35,163 nt of DNA from Aciduliprofundum sp. (lineage in GTDB: Archaea; Thermoplasmatota; Thermoplasmata; Thermoplasmatales; Aciduliprofundaceae): NCBI GenBank assembly GCA_015523135.1, contig WAKY01000159.1, forward strand, positions 1 through 35,163, read 5' to 3'. Shown here one piece after another: positions 27,170 to 35,163 of this stretch. A program made the translations under genes and the position numbers. Numbering within the stretch: the stretch's first letter is position 1; the number at the start of each line of letters is the position of its first letter. Below the pieces are notes generated by a model that worked only from the letters and a program-made list of their open reading frames with translations, was not told where the DNA came from and did not search any database.

Positions 27170-28029
27170 ATAGTTACTGGAGTGGTGATTCTTATAATAA
27201 CATGATGAAGGACTATGCTATAAACTGGATTCTCTATGCCATGTGGAAAAGCAAGTATTGGAGAAACTTTATTTTAAAAGGGGGTACGTGTATTAGAAAG
27301 GTTTATTTTCAGAATTACAGGATCTCTGTTGATGTAGATTACAATGCTATCTACGATGCAAATACATTGAGAAATATTCTCCGAGATATCTTCAAAGATG
27401 AGATTGAAAAGGTAAACGAGGTAAGTCCTGTAAAGTTTGAAATGGACAATATAGTCATAAAAGAAAGAAAAGGAACAAGGTTTAACGAGGGTAAAGTAGT
27501 GGGATATCAAATAAAAATACCTTTTCATCCCTACTTGCCCAAAACGAATTTAAAATGGCGAGGAGTTTTGCCTGTCATAAAAATAGATGTCACGCTTGAT
27601 AAATACGAGAAAACCATTCTTTCTACAAATATTAAAAAACTAAATTATCACAATGAAGAAGATGACTATTTACACTATCTCCAAGATGTAGAGATTAATG
27701 CGTATTCTTTAGAAGAGATTTTTGCAGAGAAAATAAGAGCTTTATTTCAAAGAACTAGAGTGAGGGATCTCTATGATTTGTGGTTCATTAAGAATTCTGT
27801 AAAAATTGATATGGATAAAATAATTGAGATAATTCCATCAAAGCTGGAGATCAAAGGGTTGAGTGTTAAGGATATTAGTATAGCCAAACTTCAGAAATAT
27901 GAAAATGAATATAGAACAGGCTGGAATATGTATCTCCCACAATTTGTGAAGAATGTACCTAAATTTGAAGAGGTTTGGAATGATGTCAAATCTATTATTG
28001 CCTATATTGAAAATGCCATTTATGAGTAA
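27160..28029 (+). CDS. abiEii: AbiEii/AbiGii-family nucleotidyltransferase toxin
   Basis: LKGGTCIRKVY..YRISVDVD; YSLEEIFAEKIRAL..RTRVRDLYD. Confidence 0.92.
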   Translation: MDLNSYWSGDSYNNMMKDYAINWILYAMWKSKYWRNFILKGGTCIRKVYFQNYRISVDVDYNAIYDANTLRNILRDIFKDEIEKVNEVSPVKFEMDNIVIKERKGTRFNEGKVVGYQIKIPFHPYLPKTNLKWRGVLPVIKIDVTLDKYEKTILSTNIKKLNYHNEEDDYLHYLQDVEINAYSLEEIFAEKIRALFQRTRVRDLYDLWFIKNSVKIDMDKIIEIIPSKLEIKGLSVKDISIAKLQKYENEYRTGWNMYLPQFVKNVPKFEEVWNDVKSIIAYIENAIYE

Positions 28030-28105
28030 GATATAAAGGCAAAAATATCGGTGTAGTGTTGATTGTAATTTCCGGCATAATTTGCATATTGAATGGTGTG
28101 TAAGA

Positions 28106-29884
28106 CTATTTAGAAATTCCCGCAATTATTCTCTTACCTTCTTGAAAAGTGTAGAGATTCACTTCTCTAAATCCATCGGGAGTGACGATTATACATTGTC
28201 CAACGGGCATTGTGCGTAAATGCTCCTCGCTCACGGGGAAATACTCCGTTGCCGTGTATTTATCTGCGATATAAACTCCTTTGCCTTTACTTTGAACATG
28301 CACGGGTTCTTTCTGCCATACCTGTTTCTTTCCAATCCTTGAGCGTATCAACTGCGAGGAAGCACTATCATAGGCACGGAGGGCAAATAAATAGGCATGT
28401 CCAGCAACTACCGCATTTGCGGAATCCTTTCCGTATTTTTCAATAACCTGTGCTATGCTCTGTATTCCTATGATTGAGGTTATGTAGTAAGAGCGTCCAA
28501 AATTCACCAATTCCTGATACCTTTTCAACTTGGGAATTAGCTGGAATTCATCTATAACAAAGTATTTCTTCTTCGGTTCTCCTCTCCTATTATATTGGTT
28601 CTCTCTGGCAAAGGAGTATTTTATGGCTCTATCCACCAGCAATCTAAATATCGGTGCTACTGCTTCTCCCGTTTCCACATTGTACTCTATGAACAATTTC
28701 CTACCCTGTGGATTTTCTATGTAATCTCTAATGCTCATCTGTCTCTTTCCTGCCGTCTTGTAGAAATCTCCGATGAATATCTCGTTAATGCGTGAATAGA
28801 AATTGCTCCAAACACCACTTGCCTGTTTCATAGCTTGTGGATTGATATACTCTGCAACGCTCTTTAAATCTTCCTGCTCCACTAAAAGATTATACGCTTG
28901 TTCTATCGTTAGCTGGTTAATGAAATTCATAAAATCCTCGTTCGTGGGCAAGAACTCTTTTAATTTCTCTCTATCCACTTTGCCAGAGAAGTATCGCTTG
29001 TATGTCTCTAATGCCTGTCTGTAAAATATGAGTATGAATGCAGATAAGAGTTGCTGGGAGGTGACTACCCAAAACTTATCCTCTCCTCCTCTTTCTTCTA
29101 TGGGGAATATCTCTTTGGCAATCTCAATAGCATCCGTCGTGGCTCTCTCTGGGTCTATCTCCCAAAAAATGTTCCAAGCGTAAGAGGAATTCTCAACGCT
29201 AAGGGTTATGTCCTTCTCCGTTCCAAACGCTTCGTAGTAATCTCCTTTAGGGTCAAAGATAACCCAAACATAATCTTTCTTTTGCGGGAATTGATATATG
29301 ACTTGCTTAATCAACTCCGTTTTACCAGAACCGGGGGCACCCACAACCATAATTCCCGTGTTGTATTTTTCTATCACGATATTTCCCTGTTTCGTGGGAA
29401 TTACCAAACTATCTGGTGGTACCCTCAACCTGTATTTTTTCTTCAAAACCACAGCCAAAGGAATTGCTATGATTATTGGCACTATCAACCCGTAGAGAGT
29501 AAAGAGGTATAGGTTCTCATAGAGGGAGAAATGGGGATACACCAAAAACTCGGAAAGGGGATAAGAAACGAATGGCTTCCAGAAAGGAAATATGTTCTTT
29601 CCCAAACTCGCATAGAAGGGAAAGATGAGAAAGTAAGAAAGGGTGTATGAAGTAATCAAGAATGTTAATCTCCATAATCTTCTCTTATCCAAAACCTTCT
29701 TAACGGGTATCTTTGAGTAATCTTTTCTACGCAAAGAGCCAAAGATGTATGGGGCTATGAATAACGGGGGGAAGAAGAACAACAAACCAAGAGTGGCGAA
29801 TTGAACAATTCTCTTTTCCTCTCTTTCTTTCCTTCTTTGCTCAGCTTCGTGTATGCTCTCTGGGCTCAATGCAGTTCTCTGCAT
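28106..29884 (-). CDS. virD4: type IV coupling protein (VirD4/TraD/TrwB-like)
   Basis: N-terminal TMs; Walker A GAPGSGKT, IFDPKGDY, WNIF, DKFW, Walker B FVIDEF, GRS...IQSIAQVIEKYG. Confidence 0.92.
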   Translation of the reverse strand: MQRTALSPESIHEAEQRRKEREEKRIVQFATLGLLFFFPPLFIAPYIFGSLRRKDYSKIPVKKVLDKRRLWRLTFLITSYTLSYFLIFPFYASLGKNIFPFWKPFVSYPLSEFLVYPHFSLYENLYLFTLYGLIVPIIIAIPLAVVLKKKYRLRVPPDSLVIPTKQGNIVIEKYNTGIMVVGAPGSGKTELIKQVIYQFPQKKDYVWVIFDPKGDYYEAFGTEKDITLSVENSSYAWNIFWEIDPERATTDAIEIAKEIFPIEERGGEDKFWVVTSQQLLSAFILIFYRQALETYKRYFSGKVDREKLKEFLPTNEDFMNFINQLTIEQAYNLLVEQEDLKSVAEYINPQAMKQASGVWSNFYSRINEIFIGDFYKTAGKRQMSIRDYIENPQGRKLFIEYNVETGEAVAPIFRLLVDRAIKYSFARENQYNRRGEPKKKYFVIDEFQLIPKLKRYQELVNFGRSYYITSIIGIQSIAQVIEKYGKDSANAVVAGHAYLFALRAYDSASSQLIRSRIGKKQVWQKEPVHVQSKGKGVYIADKYTATEYFPVSEEHLRTMPVGQCIIVTPDGFREVNLYTFQEGKRIIAGISK

Positions 29885-30228
29885 TACCCCTCAACCTCTA
29901 TTTCCTCCTTCGTCAGCTCCTTTAACTTCTCATAGATTTGATTATATGCGGAAGTCAGGGTATCAGCCCATCCATCGTATATTTCCTCTCCATAGCTATG
30001 CCCGTTGGTTATGTAATATATGAAGATTTGGTATGGCTGTTCTGCATGTCTTTCGTAGTATATCTCTATGGCAACTCCGATGTATCTATTGGGCTTGGAA
30101 AACAAGAAATCAAAGCCAAATAGCATTATTCTCTCCCATTCATCCAAACTATCAAAGTGCAAGGGCAAATCTCTTTCAACCTTCTTTATGAATGTCTTGT
30201 AATTCACCCTATCATCCTCCAACCTCAT
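29884..30228 (-). CDS. hypothetical protein (114 aa) in the mob operon
   Basis: Start ATG 30228 overlapping the relaxase end (track 30315); TAATG-coupled to the coupling protein gene. Confidence 0.65.
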   Translation of the reverse strand: MRLEDDRVNYKTFIKKVERDLPLHFDSLDEWERIMLFGFDFLFSKPNRYIGVAIEIYYERHAEQPYQIFIYYITNGHSYGEEIYDGWADTLTSAYNQIYEKLKELTKEEIEVEG

Positions 30229-30730
30229 ACTGCTCTGCTTCTTCCAGCTCCTTTTCCATTTTTTCTTCCAACTCTTTCTCGCTCCTAATCTTCTCTCCAA
30301 ACACATTTTCCACAATTTTATTGAATTCTTTTAAATCTTCTCTCTCCATCACTAAATCCTCTGGATAAGGGGAAATCATCTCTATGTGAGAATGAGGATG
30401 CTCCGTGTTGTAGTGCAAACCCCAAACATATCTTACTCCGTAATTTCTCGTTCTCTTTCTCCATTCGTTCATAGCTTTAATAACAAGGTAGTGGAACTCT
30501 CTTTCATCATACATCCTCTCTGGTGCTATAATCATGTGCCTGACGGCTGGGGAATAACCCGTTGTTTCCTCTGGTATCTTCTCCAGCTCTCTCCAATCTC
30601 CATCTTTCATCTTCCTGAACCCGTAATACAATTCTCCATACTCTTTGTTCTCGCTCATACCCCTCTCTATGTATCTCGCCAACTTAACCGCAGCATCCTT
30701 GCCCGTGGAGAACTTCGTTTTGGTTATCAT
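30212..30730 (-). CDS. minimal HUH relaxase (MOB-P/VirD2-like)
   Basis: N-terminal Tyr (LARYIER), motif II HMIIAP, motif III WGLHYNTEHPHSHI; lies between an RHH gene and the coupling protein. Confidence 0.82.
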   Translation of the reverse strand: MITKTKFSTGKDAAVKLARYIERGMSENKEYGELYYGFRKMKDGDWRELEKIPEETTGYSPAVRHMIIAPERMYDEREFHYLVIKAMNEWRKRTRNYGVRYVWGLHYNTEHPHSHIEMISPYPEDLVMEREDLKEFNKIVENVFGEKIRSEKELEEKMEKELEEAEQYEVGG

Positions 30731-30737
30731 AGAACCC

Positions 30738-31223
30738 TCACCTCAACAAATTTCTTTCTCTCTCCTTCTTCCTCTTCCACTTTGCCACTTCTTCCTTAGT
30801 CACCAACCACGCACCGAGATAAAGATTGTAGATAGAACCATCCTCGTAGATTACATTGTTTCCATCCACCTTGTAATGCAGCCCCGGTACCCTTGGAAAA
30901 TCTATTTTTTCTTCTTCTTTAGCTGGAGTTTTCTCAGCCTGTGAGCCCTGCATCTGGACAGCATCCGCAATCATGTCCAGCCTGTTCTTTATCTCCTCTA
31001 ATTGCGGATAAAGCTCCGTGAAAATCTCATTTCCCACCCTGTCCTCTATGTTCAATATGTACTCTGCCCTCTTGTAGAGCTCCTCTTGCACATAGAGTTC
31101 CAGAGCTTCTCTCACTATCCTATTCGTGCTGGTGTTCTTCATTCTCGCAATGGCATCTAAATCTTTCTTCAAAGCACTATCTATCCGTATCGTTAGCTTT
31201 GCTGAATCTTTGTTCTCTCCCAT
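30738..31223 (-). CDS. ribbon-helix-helix relaxosome accessory protein
   Basis: KLTIRIDSALKKDLDAIARMKNTSTNRIVREALELYV RHH followed by a coiled coil; first gene of the mob operon; start ATG 31223 or GTG 31232. Confidence 0.8.
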   Translation of the reverse strand: MGENKDSAKLTIRIDSALKKDLDAIARMKNTSTNRIVREALELYVQEELYKRAEYILNIEDRVGNEIFTELYPQLEEIKNRLDMIADAVQMQGSQAEKTPAKEEEKIDFPRVPGLHYKVDGNNVIYEDGSIYNLYLGAWLVTKEEVAKWKRKKERERNLLR

Positions 31224-31399
31224 CCCTAACACCTATTCCCATTCTTTTTCTACCCCTATTTAAAATTGTCTATGTCCAGCAACCTTCAATTTTTCCTGTT
31301 ATACACTGCTTCTCCTCTCAATTTGCAATTTTGAACCTCAAAATTTTATGTTATCATTTTACCATTTCTAAAATTCATCCTTCCAGCTAAACTTGGTGT

Positions 31400-31720
31400 A
31401 TGTCAATTTTCTCCGTGTAATACTTGCTCTGTTTTCAATTATGTACTTTGAAGCCGTCAAAATTGTATCAATTATGCCATCTCCTCCAAATTCTTTTAAA
31501 TTCCATCTCTGCTTTTAATTCTTACAAAATTTGCCGTCACACAACATCTAAAAATCAGAATCATGCCATATTTGGCAAATTCCGTATTTTTCTATTTATC
31601 TTTTCATTTTCCTCTCATTTTGACCCCTTTGCTTATCTTGCTATTTATTATAAATAATAAGGAAAGATGGCAAATTTGTGCTGAATTGCTAGCAGGATTA
31701 GATTTACACGGCATTTTATG
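31400..31720. other. candidate origin of transfer (oriT)
   Basis: Non-coding region upstream of RHH/relaxase; nic-like TATCTTGC (+, 31634-31641) and AATCCTGC (-, 31692-31699); repeated GCCRT motifs. Confidence 0.5.
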
Positions 31721-31875
31721 GATGTACAATGTGGGGCCATAATGTATTGGTGATGCTTAACTTCTTACAGAGATATTCTCTGAGAAATATATATATATAT
31801 GAGGAGTTCCATGCATTTTATTAATTTTAGAGTATAGGAGATGTCTATGGATGAAGAATGCCTGGAGGTAATAAG

Positions 31876-32625
31876 ATGAGCAAGAGAATGAAAGGTCTGC
31901 TAATCGGAATTGGAGTTGTCATAGTGATAGTAATTCTTTTAGGCGCCTATTTTGCCTCGCAGCCAAAGGTGAAGTGGTGGAAACCTGCGGCTGAGATGGA
32001 AAAGCCCGTAGTGAATAGCTATCCCTCAATGATCATAGTCTATAGAAACTATTCCAAAGAAGATTATATTTTGGGTATCAACAAACATGCAGGAAATTTC
32101 TCCACCAACAAAAATTTTGAGACCGGGATAATATTGAAATGTAGTAGTTATGCACATTATGTGGATGATGTTGATGAACTTCGTGGAAATCTTACAGCAT
32201 ATGCCGAGCGCCTGAGCGGGGATTACATACTGCAGAAATTGGTGATAAAGTATGATTATGGAAATGATGAGAATATTTCTCTGGATATTCCTGTGATAAA
32301 GAACAGGATTGAAAGCACAAATCTGTGGTTTGATGCCACACCAAATCCCACGCCTAATTTTATGGGGGAGACTTATTATTACGACTGGCTTTACAAACAT
32401 GTTCTGATTGGTGTGAATAAAGACAGGAAAAACGAGAATTTCTACGGTGTGAGTTTTGCTCTCCAGATAAATCTTGATGATTCGCTATCACAGCATCTCA
32501 ACCATACAATAATCTTCACGGTGACGGCATATTACGGCCATCCCTCGTTGCTGGGATGGCAAGATATGCATGAGTTGAAAACGCAGGTAGTTTTGAAAAT
32601 AGTTACAGGAGGTGAAAAAGAGTGA
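31876..32625 (+). CDS. N-terminally membrane-anchored extracellular protein
   Basis: MSKRMK plus hydrophobic helix; GGAGGT SD (start 31876; track 31858); GTGA-coupled to the next gene. Confidence 0.8.
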   Translation: MSKRMKGLLIGIGVVIVIVILLGAYFASQPKVKWWKPAAEMEKPVVNSYPSMIIVYRNYSKEDYILGINKHAGNFSTNKNFETGIILKCSSYAHYVDDVDELRGNLTAYAERLSGDYILQKLVIKYDYGNDENISLDIPVIKNRIESTNLWFDATPNPTPNFMGETYYYDWLYKHVLIGVNKDRKNENFYGVSFALQINLDDSLSQHLNHTIIFTVTAYYGHPSLLGWQDMHELKTQVVLKIVTGGEKE

Positions 32626-35163
32626 AGAAGATCTTGGGAATTCTGATTTTAGTGCTGTTTCTGGGAACAGTGATGGCAGGGCTCGCACAGGGGAATAGTG
32701 TAACACATACACCTCAAAAGACAGGTAGTAGCATGCCGAGTGAGATTAAGCCGTATATAATTGTGAAGAGAACCGTTTATCCTACATATCATATTGAGCC
32801 TCTAAACAAATGGGGTGGAACCGCGGTGCAGAATAGCAAGTTTGGAATTGATTTGGTAGTAAGAGCAAAAACTTATGCTTACTATCCTGATGATACTGAC
32901 AACCTGAGAATCAATGCCACAGTAATTGCAGCGGGAAGTCCTTATTATCTGGGTAATAACGAATGGTGGAAAATGAAGTATTTGTGGCTTGGTGCAAGCA
33001 AAGATTATCTTCCGGGTCAAGTTGGAGATTCCGATGTGGGTATAGAGATCCCAACAATAAAAAATCCCGTGGCAATGCATAATCTCACAGATAAAAAAGA
33101 CTATGATGTGGAATGGATTAATAAGATAGAGAATGCAGCATCAGTAGCAGCTAGTTATGTTGCTGGAACAGCTGCTGGTGCGGGAGCTGCAGCATCTGGT
33201 CCTTTAGCACCTTTTGCGCCAGTAATTTCTGCTGGAAGTTCTTATGCCGCTAGTACTGCAACAAGATATATTTTTGATAATCTTAAGAGTCATATAATAA
33301 ATAATCCTAAGGAAGTAAAGTCGGTGGCAGCCTCCAATACTGCTTTAGGTTATGCCTATGCGAAAGGGGTGCTACGGCGCTGGTGGTTTAATGATAGTGC
33401 TGCAATGGCTATCAATTTCCAAGCAAATTTATGTGATGAACCCTCTAAATATTATGAAAATCATGTAATAACTATCAAGGCAATATTAGGATACGATATT
33501 GCTAAAAAGGGAACATTAGGATGGGAATGGGAAGATAAAACAAAAACGATAGAGACATATGTAACAATCCATGTGGTGGCGGATGATACAAATGGAGTAG
33601 GTGAACCTAAGAGTTCAAGCCAGTATGCCCTCACCGGGAGTTACAGTTATGGGCAATCGAGTTATACTCAGTATCGTTATATAGATGGTAGTCTTAGCAA
33701 TATTAAGGACTCCACAGCAGGCTCGCCTGTGATAGGAAATATGGGATGGATGATGTATATCACAAAGCATCCCACACAATATCAACTCCAAGAAGCGGAG
33801 TATAAATATTATGAAGGATTAATCACAGGCTCTGATAGTGAAGATTATTACCAGTTCACCTTTGATCCAAATGTAGTGCCACACTCAGATCTTTATGATG
33901 CTTACCAAATAAAGGTCTACTTAATTGCAGGCAGAGGAGCACCAATGATGATGGACATACATTACCGGGGCATAGATTATTTAGGATATACAACGAAAGG
34001 TAAAGGAATGACCTCATTTGAGATATGGACTCCTGCATGGAAATCAGGACAAACACAGGGTCAGGTGATAAAAATCAGAGTGCATCCTGATGTGGTAACG
34101 GGCACGGAAAATGGGAATAAAATATATACCACAAGTGAGGGATTATATCTTCTGTATTGCAGTGTGGCAGGATACAAAGATGTAGGCAACTACCAGCCAT
34201 ATGTACATATCACAGGCGTAAGTAGTTCTGAAAATCACGTATGGGTAAGTTTCCATGCTGAGGATAAGAAAAATGCAGACTGGGATAATGGATTACTTTA
34301 TAGTTACACAGTGTACTGGGGCGATGGAACAAAAACCCCTGCTACACACCTCGATGTAAATACTTTAGATACCACAGTAGATCATCTTTATAGTATGGGA
34401 GGAAGCTATCATATTACGGTTAAAGTTGAAGATTATTATAGTGATACTTATGGTGATAGTATAGATCGTGAAGGTATTGATGTAAGTGTGGGAGGAGGAA
34501 GTGGCGGCGGTGGCTGTCCGTTCCTCTACACCTACAGCGGGAATAACTGGCGAGAGGAGAACAATGTGCTTGTGTGGGCAGAGAATGCAACTAGGCCATT
34601 CCTTGAGACGGGAGATTACTATGTGTTCAATGCCACGGAGATGAATCACAGAGTGACGATAGGCATAGGAGAGCCGGGGCAGGATACTGATTACATAGAT
34701 GCAGTAAAGCTGTACAAAGTTGTGGCTCCAGAGGGTTATCATGTGGCAGAAAGCTATAATGGTATGGTTTACGCTTACAGAGATGTAGAGAGTGGAATTG
34801 CTATTGACAATCATGGTGTGAATGTTACCTCGCTGATTAACAAGCCTGATGGCAATTACTGGACAGGTGAGAAGGGAGATTATATAGATATAACGCTGAA
34901 TCTGAGCAGCGAGAATTTACTTATTATACGGGGAATAGATAATCCGCCTACAGAGAAAAGAGCGATGCTCGCTGCGGAAGTTACATCAAATCCACCGCAT
35001 ACTGAGTCCACGGTTTGGGTATATGCGAATGTGAGCAACGAATGGGTAAAATTAGGAGAGATAAAAGTCAGGCATAATCTGCACACAAATGTGATAAATC
35101 TGGATTCTTTGCACATGTTGTTTGGAAACAGGGTAGAATTGAGATTTGAGATGAGAGACCGCA
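32622..35163 (+). CDS. large secreted multidomain protein (at least 847 aa, 3'-partial) with Ala/Gly hairpin, PKD domain and GGGGCPFLY-initiated C-terminal domain
   Basis: Manually translated open frame from GTG 32622 (GGAGGTG SD) to the window end; signal peptide MKKILGILILVLFLGTVMAGLAQG; PKD YWGDGT...HLYSMGGSYHITVKVED. Missing from the ORF track because there is no stop. Confidence 0.85.
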   Translation, partial: MKKILGILILVLFLGTVMAGLAQGNSVTHTPQKTGSSMPSEIKPYIIVKRTVYPTYHIEPLNKWGGTAVQNSKFGIDLVVRAKTYAYYPDDTDNLRINATVIAAGSPYYLGNNEWWKMKYLWLGASKDYLPGQVGDSDVGIEIPTIKNPVAMHNLTDKKDYDVEWINKIENAASVAASYVAGTAAGAGAAASGPLAPFAPVISAGSSYAASTATRYIFDNLKSHIINNPKEVKSVAASNTALGYAYAKGVLRRWWFNDSAAMAINFQANLCDEPSKYYENHVITIKAILGYDIAKKGTLGWEWEDKTKTIETYVTIHVVADDTNGVGEPKSSSQYALTGSYSYGQSSYTQYRYIDGSLSNIKDSTAGSPVIGNMGWMMYITKHPTQYQLQEAEYKYYEGLITGSDSEDYYQFTFDPNVVPHSDLYDAYQIKVYLIAGRGAPMMMDIHYRGIDYLGYTTKGKGMTSFEIWTPAWKSGQTQGQVIKIRVHPDVVTGTENGNKIYTTSEGLYLLYCSVAGYKDVGNYQPYVHITGVSSSENHVWVSFHAEDKKNADWDNGLLYSYTVYWGDGTKTPATHLDVNTLDTTVDHLYSMGGSYHITVKVEDYYSDTYGDSIDREGIDVSVGGGSGGGGCPFLYTYSGNNWREENNVLVWAENATRPFLETGDYYVFNATEMNHRVTIGIGEPGQDTDYIDAVKLYKVVAPEGYHVAESYNGMVYAYRDVESGIAIDNHGVNVTSLINKPDGNYWTGEKGDYIDITLNLSSENLLIIRGIDNPPTEKRAMLAAEVTSNPPHTESTVWVYANVSNEWVKLGEIKVRHNLHTNVINLDSLHMLFGNRVELRFEMRDR

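Larger units (their letters stand above)
4167..35163. mobile_element. putative integrative conjugative element (right boundary not seen in window)
   Basis: att-like tRNA fragment at left; VirB2-like, VirB6-like, VirB4, VirD4, HUH relaxase, RHH, tyrosine recombinase, AbiE and RM cargo; no housekeeping genes after 3893. Confidence 0.85.

Overview
Archaeal genomic window. The archaeal-type ribC/ribL, TopoVI-A, TATA boxes and GGAGGTG Shine-Dalgarno sites point to Archaea; a Thermoplasmatota host such as Aciduliprofundum is my inference only. Bases 1-3.9 kb are host housekeeping DNA: the end of top6A, the riboflavin operon ribB-ribL-ribC-ribH, and an Amt transporter with a tandem palindromic operator. 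At 4167-4187 an isolated tRNA 3'-end fragment marks a probable att junction. The rest looks like an integrative conjugative element whose right end is not visible. It carries: (i) a Rep-like wHTH gene with intragenic iteron-like repeats; (ii) an S53 protease divergent from a mating-pair operon encoding an Ig-repeat adhesin, four tandem VirB2/TrbC-like pilin paralogues each fused to a different extracellular domain, VirB6-like and VirB3/PrgI-like proteins, and a VirB4 ATPase; (iii) a GC-rich cassette of C5-methyltransferase, T:G glycosylase and two PD-(D/E)xK nucleases next to a decayed SNF2 helicase fragment; (iv) a catalytic-domain-only tyrosine recombinase; (v) an AbiE type IV toxin-antitoxin pair; (vi) a mob operon (RHH protein, minimal HUH relaxase, VirD4-like coupling protein) with a candidate oriT; and (vii) a large secreted, possibly toxin-like protein that runs off the window. 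The most novel element is the array of domain-decorated T4SS pilins. All calls come from motif recognition by eye; no database search was run.
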